The translations under genes were made by a program, and so were the position numbers. From the human T2T-CHM13v2.0 reference genome, Homo sapiens, in assembly GCF_009914755.1 (NCBI RefSeq), contig NC_060925.1: 64,000 bases of DNA; one strand, given 5' to 3'. Shown one piece after another: positions 43,858 to 64,000 of the stretch (its first letter is position 1; each line of letters opens with the position of its first letter). A model generated the notes under the pieces. It was not told where the DNA came from and did no database searches. It saw only the letters and a program-made list of their open reading frames with translations.

Positions 43858-44478
43858 TGATGTATCATATATATAGGCTGTTTTTAGCTTTTGGGGTTAA
43901 TGTAGGATAACCAGGGACACAATCTACAAAAGCAAAGTCTAGAATTCTTTTTGCTCTGTTACACATTGTTGCCTGTTTTTAGCATTATTTTCCTTAATTA
44001 CATTCTTTTGCTACGTATTATAGGTGTTTACATTTCCTAAAGATCTCATTGTGATAGAGCAAGGATTATTAGTTGGTAGGTGAGATAATAGTAAATATAG
44101 CATATAAGGCTGGGCTCGGTGGCTGACACCTGTTATTCCAGCACTTTGGGAGGCTGAGGGCTGAAGGATTGCTTGAGCCCAGGAGTTAAAGACCAGCTTG
44201 GGCAATATGATGAGACCTCGTTTCTACAAAGATTAAAAAAAAAAAAAAAGTAGCTGGGCATGGTGGCTTGTGCCTGTAGTCCTGGCTACCCAGGAGGCTG
44301 ATGTGAGAGAATCACTTGAGCCCAGGAGGGTCTGTGCTGCAGTCAGCTATGATCATGACCACTGCACTCTATCCTGGACAACAGGGTGAAACTCTGTCTC
44401 AAAAAAAAAAGGATATAAGACACATTTGAAGAGCTTGAAATATATCTGCTCCATCCATTTTTTTTTTTTTTTTCCTGA

Positions 44479-44697
<219 letters not shown>

Positions 44698-45303
44698 TGA
44701 TCCACCCGCCTCAGCCTCCCAAAGGGCTGGGATTACAGGCATGAGCCACCACGCCTGGCGTTTTTTTTTTTTTTTTTTTTTTTTTTAAGACAGAGTCTCA
44801 CTCTGTTGCACAATCTCGGCTCGCTGCAACCTCTGTCTCCTGGGTTGAAGCAGTTCTTCTAGCTCAGCCTCATAAGTATCCGGGACTACAGGCAAATACC
44901 ACCACACCTGGCCAGTTTTTATATTTTTAGTAGACAAGAGTTTCACTATTTGGCCAAACTGGTCTCAAACTCCTGACCTCAGGTGATCCACCTGCCTTCA
45001 TCTCCCAAAGTGCTGGGATTATAGGCATAAGCCACATCACCTGGCCCTGCTCCATCATTCTGATACATGGCTTTAGTAGATTTTGTCTTAGCCTTTCGTT
45101 GCCCCTTCTTTGTCAGCCACTGTTCCAGGGACTTATTGTCACTAATGAGAGAACATAGCGTCTGTCAGCTGTGGCATGGTAGAAAAAAGGTTGAGAATGA
45201 TTGCTGTGGAGAGTGTGTTCAACCATAGAGGGACTCAGTTTTCTCATCATGAAAATTATGTGTAATTTAACTATATATTTTAGGTACCTAAATGCTATTT
45301 TAG

Positions 45304-45510
<207 letters not shown>

Positions 45511-45534
45511 TAGATTCCTGAATCAAGTCTCTAG

Positions 45535-45620
45535 AGCAGCATTACCCATTGGAAATTTATACAGTGAGGAACATGTTCTGTATCTATGCTGTTCAATACA
45601 ATAGCCACTACCCATGTGTA
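45535..45620. mobile_element. MER3-like hAT fragment
   Basis: atgttctgtatctatgctgttcaatacaatagccactacccatgtg resembles the MER3 end. Confidence 0.5.
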
Positions 45621-46328
45621 ATTCTTTTTTTTAATTCAGTTTTTTTCCTGACAATAGTTTGTTGTTTGACCAGTGAACATACATTTTAAGTGCATATTCC
45701 TGTGCTTAGAATTTCATGAGACAGCCAAGCATGGTGGCTCATGCCTCTAATCCAAACACTTTCGGAGGCCAAGGCAGGAGGATTGCTTGAGGCCAAGAAT
45801 TCAAGACCAGTCTGGGCAACACAGTGAGACCCATCTCAAGGAAAAAAAATTTGGCTGGGTATGGTGGCTTATGCCTGTAATCACTGCACTTTGGGAGGCT
45901 GAGGTGGGCAGATTGCTTGAGCTCAGGAGTTCGAGATCTAGGCAACATGGCAAAACCCCATCTCTACAAAAAATAAAAAATCAGCCGGGCATGGTGGTGT
46001 GCATCTGTAGTCCCAGCCTCTTGGGAGGCTGAGGTGTGGAGGATGGCTTGAGCCTGGGAGGTGGAAGTTGCAGTGAGCTGAGATGGTGCTGCTGCACTCC
46101 AGCCTGGATGATACTGCCAGACCTTGTCTCAAAAAAAAAAAAAAAAAAAAAAGAAGAAAGAAAGAAAGAAAAAAACCCAAAATTTCATGAAGCTTTACAT
46201 TTACAGTTCCCTGGTTGTTCCTAGGAAAGAGCCCTCAGCTTGCTCCTTTTATAGAACCACATGTTGTTGTGGCATCCACAGCTAAATGCAAATGCAAGAG
46301 CCAAACTCTTGGGTTGGTGTGTTATTAG

Positions 46329-46842
<514 letters not shown>

Positions 46843-47590
46843 TAGCCTCCGGAGTAGCTTGGATTATAGGTGCCTGCCACCACACCTGGCTAGTTTTTGA
46901 ACTTTTAGTAGAGACAGGGTTTTGCCATGTTGGTCATGCTTGTCTTGAACTCCTGACCTCAAGTGATCTGCCCACCTAGGCTTCCCAAAGTGCTGGGTTT
47001 ACCGGCGTGAGCCACCGCACCTGGCCCTAATTTTGTTTTCTACATTTGCCAGGTATCATTGAATGAGGGGGTTTAACAGCTTAAAGGAAAACAACTAAGA
47101 ACACTACTTAAGAAAGATAAGAGGCCAGGCGAGGTGGCTCATGCCTGTAATCCCAGCACTTTGGGAGGCCGAGGCGGGCAGATCACGAGGTCAAGAAATC
47201 AACACCATCCTGGCTAACAAGGTGAAACCCCGTCTCTACTAAAAATACAAAAATTAGCCAGACGTGGTGGCGGGTGCCTGTAGTCCCAGCTACTCAGGAG
47301 GCTGAGGCAGGAGAATGGTGTGAACCCAGGAGGCAGAGCTTGCAGTGAGCTGAGATTGCGCCACTGCACTCCAGCCTGGGCAGCAGAGCGAGACTCCGTC
47401 TCAACAAAAGGAAAGATAAGAATGTTTTTTAAAAACATAGCCATATTGCCGGGCACCAGGCCTGAACTGATTTTAATCTTACTGATCCCTTATTAACGAG
47501 TTTTCTTCATTTTCTATTTAAAGTTTATACACACACACACACACACACACATGTTTTTTGAAATGGAGTCTCGCTGTGTTGCCAGGCTAG

Positions 47591-47782
<192 letters not shown>

Positions 47783-48070
47783 TGATCTGCCCACCCGTGC
47801 CTCCCAAAGTGCTGGGATTACAGGTGTGATCCACCGCACCTGGCCTCAATATATTTTTTACATAAAATGTTTATAATAGAGTTGGGTCTCACTTGGTTGT
47901 CCAGGCTGGTCTCGAACTCTTGGGCTCACGCCATTCTCCCACCTTGGCCTATCAAAGTGCTAGAATTACAGGCATAAGCCACTGCGTCCAGCCTAAAGTT
48001 TCTTTTAATGATATTGATATTTACCTAGGTTTCTTTAATATTTTTATTGCTGTCCGGGCCTGGTGGCTCA

Positions 48071-48530
<460 letters not shown>

Positions 48531-49152
48531 TAAAAAGAGTGGCAAGTTTATGTCTTTAATCCTGGAGGAACTTTAACATCTCTGTGTTTGAGTGATTTCT
48601 GTTTCTAAGAATTATTCTTGGGGTCCTTTTTCTCCAAGTTTTCTACCATCTTTTCATATTAAGATAGGTCAACACATTCATTATAGAGGCCATTTATGGC
48701 TTATTTTTAAGCATACTGATCATACAACACTCTGGTTTTCCTGGAAGAATACAGGTCTTGAAATTCATGGAGATAGTAGTTGCAGTATTTGCGTAGACTT
48801 TTTATGTACATAATTCTTAATGTTTTAATTTTTACAATGAAAGTACAGGATAAAAAACTTGACCCTATAGTTACATTCTCGTTCAGCAGTATTTTGACTG
48901 AGCACTATTATTTATAAGCTCTTTCACTAGATGCTGTGATCAGTGTGAAAAATATGAAAGAAATTAAGTTCCACGTCCTTCATAAATTTTCAGATAATGT
49001 AAATGCATACCAATCTTCAACTTAATTGTGTGAACTTCTGCAAATGCTGAAGTGATTGGATGGGATTTTCAAGATAGGAGTTATTGGAGGAAGTGAGTTT
49101 AGAGCAGAGATTTGAAATAGGTAAATAATATGAATTGGTATGGAAGAAATAA

Positions 49153-49600
<448 letters not shown>

Positions 49601-50103
49601 TAGGTGTCCATACTGGGCCAAACTTCCCCTTAGAATTACTAAAACATTTTCCAAGTGCTTGAGGCAGAATCATTGTGGCCTAAAAGCATACCTAACACCA
49701 GTTCCTACTCTCTTTTAATGACCCTAGTGTGGATCAAGAGCTAGTAAATCTTGTAAAATAGCGAGAGTTAATGACTTATGTTTATGGTTACCCAGTTCTT
49801 CCCTCTCAAGTCTTCTTTTTTTTTTACCAGAATATTAGTTCTGAACAAGTCAATATACTTGTTCAGGCCAAGATGTGAACTAAAGATTGTATGTCCTTTG
49901 AGAACTATAAAATATCATCCTATTTCTTTTTTTTTTCATCTTTTTTTTTTTAAATGGTCTGAGTTTGCTTCCAACATCCATGGAAGCATTACAAATTTTC
50001 TTTCCTCCGTAGTCATATCCTTACCCTGATGTATTGCTGTGTTTCATCCTCACTCCAAAATGCATTTTATATGTTGTAAATATTTTTCTACCTTTGTGTT
50101 GAT

Positions 50104-50352
50104 TTAATGTTTTTATTCTTTTATGTTGAGTACATGTGTATCTTCTATTTTTAAAATGTGCTTATTTCTATTAACTAGTTCTTTATTATAAAAGTGGTAC
50201 ATTATCACAAAAATAGTGAATGCTTATTAAGATTTAAAAAATTGTCTGACAACACAGAAGAATACTTACTCAAAATGTCTCCTTTCTATTCTCTGATCCC
50301 TTAGAACCACTCTCTTTAGGTAATTGCTATTAACAGTTTTTCACATATCCTC
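50104..50352 (+). repeat. Intron-12 segment duplicated (Alu-interrupted) in intron 15 at about 54905-56420; 3' part resembles an old L1ME-type fragment
   Basis: Shared blocks include tatcttctatttttaaaatgtgcttatttcta, ttctttattataaaagtggtacattat, cagaaga-tacttact and taggtaattgctattaa. Confidence 0.8.
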
Positions 50353-50420
50353 CTAGAAAATTTTCATGCCTATATAGTGATCCTATATATATATTTTATT
50401 TATTTATTTATTTATTTTGA

Positions 50421-50525
<105 letters not shown>

Positions 50526-51048
50526 TGAGTAGCTAGGATTACAGGCACGCACCCCCACGCCCGGCTAATTTTTGTATTTTTAGTAGAGATGGGGTTTCAC
50601 CATGTTGGCCAGGCTGGTCTTAAACTCCTGACCTCGTGATCTGCCCACTTTGGCCTCCCAAAGTGCTGGGATTACAGGCATGAGCCACCGCACCCAGCCA
50701 AGTAATCCTATATTATAAGAGTCTAAGGGTCTAGAGGACAAAAAGTCTGTAGGTCTTTACATTGTCAAGAACAATGAGATTGTAAGTATTTTTGGATGAT
50801 AGTAAATACCTCTCCCTGACTCTTAGAGTAAACTTTGGTTAGTAATGTAATGGTTAATGTAAAGTGCTAGACTTTGAAGAAATGTAAGAGTGTGGAAATA
50901 TTTCTAGACTCATCAACTCTACCTTTTAAGCATTCATCTATTTGTTTACTCCAGAGGCCTTTGTTTATAGAGAGGAAACCATTTTGGATTCATCTTTTTA
51001 CTTGCCACTCCATTCAGGCAGCTGCTGATGCTAAAATGGAAGACATAA

Positions 51049-51240
<192 letters not shown>

Positions 51241-51391
51241 TGATTAGCATTGTGGGGAGAAAGGAGAAAAAGATCGTATTTTAGTGCCATACCTGATATA
51301 ATATGCTAGGTCTCTGCTTCTGTGTTTTTTGGAGTAGAAGGCCCTAAGATGTGGTTCCTGAGATTGCTTCAACTACCACATTAATGTCTGA

Positions 51392-51649
<258 letters not shown>

Positions 51650-52296
51650 TAGTGTACAGGAATTTTAGAAAGACCCGTTTAGACTTTGAGCCTCCTAGAC
51701 ATTCATACAATATTTACTACATGATTATATGCATGAATGGTAAAGCTATTTTTTTGCCTATCATTTAAGGCTTTTCTACCAGCTGGTTTCTGTGTCTGTC
51801 CTGGATCTGAGTACCGGTTACATGAATTTATTCAGTATTTGAAAATGCAGCAAGCAGCTAGGCATGGTGGCTCATGCCTGTAATCCTAGCACTTTGGGAG
51901 GCTGAGGCGGGCAGATTGCCTGAGGCCAGGAGTTCGAGACCAGCCTGGGCAAACAACGTGGTGAAACCCCATATCTACAAAAAGTACAAAAATTAGCTGG
52001 ATGTGGTGGCACACACCTGTATTCCCAGCTACTCAGGAAGCTGAGGTGGGAGGATCACTTGAGCTTGGGGAGGTCGAGGCTGCAGTAAGCTGTGATCGTG
52101 CCACTGCAATCCAGCCTGGGTGACAGAATGAGACCCTGTCTCAAAAAAAAGAAAAAGCAAATCTAGTAAGCTATACATTCATGTGTACAGTGTCTATATT
52201 ATGTTATTATTTGATTTTTTTTTTTTTAAGGATTGAAGCCAAAAAGATCTTCAGGTCAAAAAAGCTCTGCTTTGATCAAACTATTTCTTTTGTCTG

Positions 52297-52417
52297 ATAT
52301 ATATATATATACACACATACACATACATACACACACACGCACATACATACACACATGTACACACACATACACATACACACAATACACACACATACATGTA
52401 CATGTACATACTCACAC

Positions 52418-52420
<3 letters not shown>
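52297..52420. repeat. Degenerate (AT)/(AC) dinucleotide repeat
   Basis: atatatatat acacacatac acatacatac..., an alternating purine-pyrimidine tract. Confidence 0.9.
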
Positions 52421-53050
<630 letters not shown>

Positions 53051-53508
53051 GTCTATATTTGAAGGCCAGACATTCTTCTGGCCATCATACTCCCATTAGT
53101 GTTCATTCTTCTCATCTTTGAACACCTGGATTAGCATTTAAAATCTGCAGAGAGGCCTGGTGTGATGGCTTATGCCTGTAATCCCAGCACTTTGGGAGGC
53201 CGAGGCGGGTGGATCACCTGAGGTCAGGAGTTTGAGACCAGCCTGACATGGTGAAACCCCGTCTCTACTAAAAAATACAAAAATGAGCTGGGCATGGCAG
53301 CGTGCGCCTGTAATCCCAGCTACTCGGGAGGCCTAGGCAGGAGAATCACTTGAACCCAGGAAGCGGTTGCAGTGAGCTGAGATCATACCACTTCACTCCA
53401 GCCTGAGTGACAGAGCAAGACTCCGTCTCAAAAAAATAAAAATATAAATAAAATCTGCAGAGAGTTCATCTTAAGATACCTGAGAATAAAAAATATTTTG
53501 TTCTACAC

Positions 53509-53553
<45 letters not shown>

Positions 53554-53554
53554 A

Positions 53555-53659
<105 letters not shown>

Positions 53660-54204
53660 TGAGAAGCTCGGATTACAGGCACCTGCCACCACACCTGGCT
53701 AATTTTTGTATTTTTAGTAGAGATGAGGTTTCGCCATGTTGGCTAGGCTGGTCTCAAACTCTTGACCTCAGGTGATCCACTCACCTCAGCCTCCCAAAGC
53801 GCTAGGATTACAGGCGTGAGCCACCACGCTGGCCGATAATTTTGATTTGGTATATCTGCCCTCCTCCTCCATTGGGTGAAAGTTTTTTGAGAGTAATATA
53901 TGATGTTGACATATGAAGCCTGCCTCCCAAAGTGCCTAGGACAAGTTTTTATTCTTGACTGCTTGTCTTTTATTTCCTTATTCCCAGTACCTGGTGGAGC
54001 TCTTGATTCATAACAAGTGCTATGTAAATGCTAATTGTATCAATTAATATTACTGCCTACTTGGAGCTTCAAGTCTAATTTGGGGAAAATAAAGAGCAAC
54101 AGAAAAGAGAACACTTGGTCCAACACATAAAAAGGGTGATAATATTTTAGAGAGTTTGGGTAGACTTGAATATTATTTGTTTAGAACCTGAATCTCAAGT
54201 CTAA

Positions 54205-54306
<102 letters not shown>

Positions 54307-54872
54307 TAAAACATTGTAAAACTTTAGCCAACTCCTGAATATTTATACTATTTGAGTGGAGCAATGGAATGTAAGATGTAATCAGTGAATAATGTTTTAA
54401 ATAATTTATGTTTCTTTTTGGAATCCATTTTTAAATGGTTGGCAGTAAATTCTTCCTGATCATCTGTTTAATTAAATTCGTGAGTATTTAGTATATGCTA
54501 TCTGGGGAAGTGCGTGGACAGTGCTGCTGGTAGCAGGAATACAAATTCTCTACCGAAAATTATTTATTTCACAGTCATGAATATGAGACTTGGAAACGGG
54601 AATGAATTGTTGTTGGATTTACCTTTGGATATAGTGAAGGAAGTACTAGACTTAAGAATATAAAGTTAGGAGGCTGGGCAGTGCTGCTTATTAGCTGTGC
54701 AATCTGGGCAAGACACTTAATGTCAAATTCTGTTGCCTTAGCTATTGTTCTCTATATTGTCAAGTTTTTGAGAATGAAATTAGATAATTATGTGATAGTG
54801 CTTCATAAAATGTGACTGAATCACTCTTCAAGTGGAATATTTTTTATGGTTATCTAGTTCTTTAACCCCTGA

Positions 54873-55459
<587 letters not shown>

Positions 55460-55612
55460 TAGTAGAGACGGGGTTTCGCCATATTGGTCAAGCTGGTCTC
55501 GAACTCCTGACCTGAGGTCCGACTGCCTTGGCCTCCCAAAGTGCTGGGATTACAGGCATGAGTCACTGCGCCCGGCCATATATCTTCTATTTTTAAAATG
55601 TGCTTATTTCTA

Positions 55613-55637
55613 GTATATGTGCTGCTGAAGCGAGCAG
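55613..55637 (-). pseudogene. 3'-truncated U6 snRNA retrocopy (nt 1-25/27) with 19-bp TSD
   Basis: Reverse complement CTGCTCGCTTCAGCAGCACATATAC(TA) vs U6 GTGCTCGCTTCGGCAGCACATATACTA, 2 mismatches. Flanked by TAAAATGTGCTTATTTCTA at 55594-55612 and 55638-55656. Confidence 0.9.
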
Positions 55638-55839
55638 TAAAATGTGCTTATTTCTATTAATGAATTCTTTATTATAAAAGTGGTACATTATTACAAAAGT
55701 AGTAAATGTTTATTAAGATTAGAAACAAATTCTAATTATACAGAAGAGTACTTACTGAGACCCAGCACAGTGGCTCACGCCTATAATCCCAGCACTTTGG
55801 GAGGATGAGGTGGTTGGATCACTTGAGCTCAGGAGTTCA

Positions 55840-56061
<222 letters not shown>

Positions 56062-56127
56062 TCAGGCCAGGTGCAGTGGCTCATGCCTATACTCCCAACA
56101 CTTTGGGAGGCTGAGGTGGGCGGATCA

Positions 56128-56377
<250 letters not shown>

Positions 56378-56747
56378 TCAGACCAGTCTTTATAGGTAAT
56401 TGCTATTAATAGTTTTTCTTCTGAAGGAGCAATCAAAAAATAAAAATTAAAAAAAAAGGTTTTCATGTATCCTGCCTTATCCCAGATTCTTCAATTTATG
56501 CATACAAATTAGATGATAATAACCATAGTATTTGTTCTCTGTTTTATAAGTTCCCACCTGCATATTTGTTATCTTTTTTTAATCAACTTTTTTTTTTAGA
56601 GATAGGGTCTTGCTCTATTGCTCAGGCTGGTGTGCAGTGGCGCAGTCATAGCTCGCTACAGCCTTGAACTCCTAGGGACAAGCAATCCTCCAGTCTCAGC
56701 TTCTCAAGTATCTGAGACCTCAGGTCCACACCACTGTGCCTGGCTAA

Positions 56748-56778
<31 letters not shown>

Positions 56779-57558
56779 ATGGATCTCACTATGTTGCCTA
56801 GGCTTGTCTTGAACTCTTAGCCTTGAGTGATCCTCCCACCTCAGCCTCCCAAAGTGCTGGGATTATAGGCATGAGCTACTGTGCCCAGTCCTACCTTCAC
56901 ATATCTCAGCACCCTCATCTTTCAATTTTCTTCTATTTATCTCTGAAGAGTACTTACTGAAAAAGTCCCGGCTTCTTAGAGAACCAGTATTAATGTTGTA
57001 GGAATTTAGTTTTCAGGAATTGTCTCTCATGTTCAGAAATAAGCCAAGTTCTGCTCCAGCCTCCTTATTGGAGTCTACTCCCTGAACGCCTCTTGAGGTA
57101 TTGCTTTATGACTGCCATTGCTGCTGGTAACTTTGGCAAGAATGCCATTCTGCCCAGTACTGTCTTTTTCTGTTGTAATTCTCTGCTGGTACCTGCTCTT
57201 CTTCTGTTCCCCGCCCCCAGTTGTTCTTTGTTGCTGGGCCCCAAAGCCTCCTGCTTATATAAATAGTTTCTGGGGCCTTTTTGAAGGCTCAGATTTAGTC
57301 CTTAAGGCCTGGTAGGAGATAAGTTTATCTCATTCCACCTTCCATAGTTCTTCCTGACTTGCTGTTCCACCCAGGCACCAGAGCAAATAATTCCTCACTT
57401 CATTTCAAAAAACTAAAAGCCTTATGCATATGAATTCGTAAAATCTCATACAAATATCCAAGGAGGCCGGGCGCGGTGGCTCACGCCTATAATCCCAGCA
57501 CTTTGGGAGGCTGAGGCGGGAGGATCACGAGGTCAGGAGATCGAGACCATCCTGGCTA

Positions 57559-57859
<301 letters not shown>

Positions 57860-57913
57860 TTATCTGATTTAAATAAGAAATTGAAGTGTTTTTATTATAT
57901 ATCTCTTTTCTAG

Positions 57914-58060
<147 letters not shown>

Positions 58061-58256
58061 GACTACTGCAAGCCCTTGCCTCTCCTCCCTTGCCTTTGTC
58101 TCTTCAGTCCTCTCACTTATTCTATTTCCCAACCCCCTCCCACTTGTTTGTGTGATCTCAGAACTGTGCCAAGCAGACACTGGGACAAAGGGAGAATATC
58201 TTGCTCCCCTCCTGAGTCAGCCTGGTGTTGCCCTTTATTCCCCTTATGTGCATATG

Positions 58257-58262
58257 ATTAAA
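58257..58262 (+). terminator. PRPF3: PRPF3 poly(A) signal
   Basis: ATTAAA about 200 nt after the stop, followed by a GT/T-rich downstream element (ttggtgtgatatttttc). Confidence 0.8.
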
Positions 58263-59205
58263 GAGTTATTTTTAAACTTGGTGTGATATTTTTCACACAT
58301 TCGTAAGTATTAGAGTTTGGGTCTACAGGTGATCTTTTTTCCGGACTTTTAGCAATTGCTGTGGAAAAAAACATTTTTTGTCATTGACATTTATTTATAT
58401 ATATAAATGGATGAATGGATGGATGGATAGATGGATGTGTATTTTTGAAGTCTAGTGGAAATGTTTGATCTCATCCTGGAGCTAGAATGATAAATACTGT
58501 TTTCCTGGAGCAGAATGAAGCAGGGAGATGTGTAAAGTGGTAAGGGAGGAAGGAGGGACAAATGAGTATCCATCCCTTAACCAAGAGAATCACCAGGTTA
58601 GACAGATTACCTCAGGACTTGGCTAAGTAGTCTTTCCAGGAAATCAGTTCCTCTAAGGGATGCATATGTGGGAATGTGTGTTGTGGGTGAAATGGACACA
58701 GGGAAAGTCCAAGGAGGATGCTATGGGTCAGTTTGTAAAGTGGAATAGGATTTAAGAATTTAGCCCATTTTGTCTCTTACTAGTTTAAAAATCCGCTTCT
58801 AATAGAAATTGTGTAGTTTTTTTTTTTTTTTTTCTATCTATGAATCCGACTACATGTGGGTGGTTTTATTTCAGCATTTAATGTTTCTGGTTTGATTTTA
58901 GGAGTATTTGAAGTCCAAAATTTTTACCATACCTATCCTTCCGTTTCATATTGCCTCTGTTGGGAATGGATCAAACAAGTCAATAGAGCTCCCATACCTT
59001 CTTGCTAGGTGGAGCATGCTATGAATTGGTATTGGAGAATGGATGTTTGACAAAAAGTTAAAACATTCTGTGTTATAAAATTAACCCCCTTTAAAAAAAA
59101 AAATCTGTATTTCAGGTCCTGGTCAGAGTTCCAACTTTAAGGTAGTATTAGGGAGCACTACCATCAAGGAGGTGGGAAGAGATAGGGGACCACACAGGGC
59201 TTTGA

Positions 59206-59530
<325 letters not shown>

Positions 59531-59727
59531 TGAGCCACCGCGCCTGGCCTGATTTTAATTTTTTTGAGCTCCAGCTCAAAGGATTCTCCTTTTTTAGAGA
59601 TAAGCAAGCTGAGCTTGGTGGCTCCTGCCTGTAATCCCAGCATTTTGGGAGGTCGAGGCAGGCAGATCATCTGAGGTCAGGAATTCGAGACCAGCCTGCC
59701 CAACATGGCGAAACCCCATCTCTACTA

Positions 59728-59847
<120 letters not shown>

Positions 59848-60036
59848 TCACTGCACTCCAGCCTGGGCGACGAGAGCAAAACTCCTTCTCAAAAAAAAAA
59901 AAGGCCAGGAGTGATGGCTCACGCCTCTAATCCCAGCACTTTGGGAGGCCGAGGCGGGTGGATCACGAGGTCAAGAGATTGAGACCATCCTGGCCAATAT
60001 GGTGAAACGCTGTCTCTACTAAAAATACAAAAATTA

Positions 60037-60535
<499 letters not shown>

Positions 60536-61669
60536 TCATCATCTGAAGGATGGTACAGGATGAAATCTTTGAAATAACTCTAGCTTACCAGGACACAGCA
60601 ATGAAGATTTTGAGTGCTTACTAGTAATTATATCTATGAAACTTGGGAGCTAGAGAATTGAACTAGCTATTTTAGTATTTCTTGATTTAAGCAAATGCAG
60701 GGGAAAAATTCATTGTCATAAAAATGAGTGTTTTTGTTCTGTTAAAGGATTTGTTACAAGTATATGTGTAAATAATTTATACACTACTTCAAAAATGAAT
60801 TGATTGCATAAGATCTAAAAGAAATATTTATATTACAATATGCTATAGTTTATTGTAATGTACCCATAATGAGACTCAAACTTGTCTTGAGTATATCACT
60901 CGTCTCTCTGTGCCTCCAGGTGTTAATTGTTGTTAAATTTTCTCAAGCATTACCTCCTTATTTCTCCTTACAAACTTATAAGAGATATGCATTTTAGAGG
61001 TGAGGAATCTGAGGCTTAGAGTAAATAATTTGCCCAAGTTTATGACTTAGTAAGTTGTAGAGCTTGATTTGAACCCAGATTTGTTTGAGTACAGACCAAA
61101 CTGAGCCACTAAGTGTATATTGCCTCATTTGTACAATAAAGAGGTAGGGACAGATATGTTCTTTCAAATGAATGTTATTCTCAGGATAGTTCTTACCTGG
61201 GGATGCTGTTATCACTGAAAATACTTTGTGAGCTGGGCGCGGTGGCTCATGCCTGTAATCTCAGCACTTTGGGAGGCCAAGGCGGGCGGATCACGAGGTC
61301 AGAAGTTCGAGACCAGCCTGACCAACATGTTGAAACCCCGTCTCTACTAAAAATGCAAAAATTAGCTGGGCATGGAGGCGCGCGCCTGTAATCCCAGCTA
61401 CTCGAGAGGCTGGGGCAGGAGAATCACTTGAACCCAGGAGGCGGAGGTTGCAGTAAGCGAGATCGCGCCACTGCACTCCAGCCTGGGCGACAGGGCAAGA
61501 CTCCATCTCAAAAAAAAAAAAAAAAACAAAAACTTTGTGAATTTTGGTAATTTCATCTATTTCCAGTCCTTTTTGAATACCTTTAGTTAACGGCAGTTAT
61601 TAGTTTTGGAAGAGTCATTTTTTTCATTTTTTATTTTCATTGGAAAGAGTTTTAGAAACCCTTTGGCTG

Positions 61670-63910
<2,241 letters not shown>

Positions 63911-64000
63911 AGGGCTGGGTGTGGTGGCTCATGCCTGTATTCCCACACTTTGGGATGGTGAGGCAGGCGGATCACTTGAAGTCAGGAGTTCAAGACCAGC

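Noticed and set aside
59116-59141. AG...GT-bounded 26-nt segment downstream of PRPF3
   Set aside because: It lies beyond the poly(A) signal and has a weak donor and no supporting context.

Overview
Human (primate) genomic DNA, very Alu-rich, recognisable as the MRPS21-PRPF3 locus (1q21). The window holds the last ~13 kb of the final MRPS21 intron and its last coding exon (13023-13203). It also holds the complete PRPF3 gene on the + strand: CpG-island promoter, non-coding exon 1, and 15 coding exons that I could join through GT-AG junctions into a 2052-nt CDS (683 aa U4/U6 snRNP protein Prp3). The rest is Alu, L1, L2, MIR and DNA-transposon remnants; almost all ORFs in the supplied track are Alu artefacts. 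No wholly new gene system is supported. The most notable sequence-level observations are: (1) a perfect 31-bp tandem duplication of the branch point/3' splice site of PRPF3 exon 10, creating identical competing acceptors that lead to premature stops; (2) a 96-nt candidate poison exon in intron 3; (3) further PTC-generating upstream acceptors and an intronic poly(A) signal, which together suggest layered unproductive-splicing control of a core spliceosome gene; (4) a 25-nt U6 snRNA 5' fragment inserted with a 19-bp target-site duplication in intron 15, whose empty site survives in a paralogous duplicated segment in intron 12. Coordinates were counted by hand; repeat boundaries and subfamily names are approximate.
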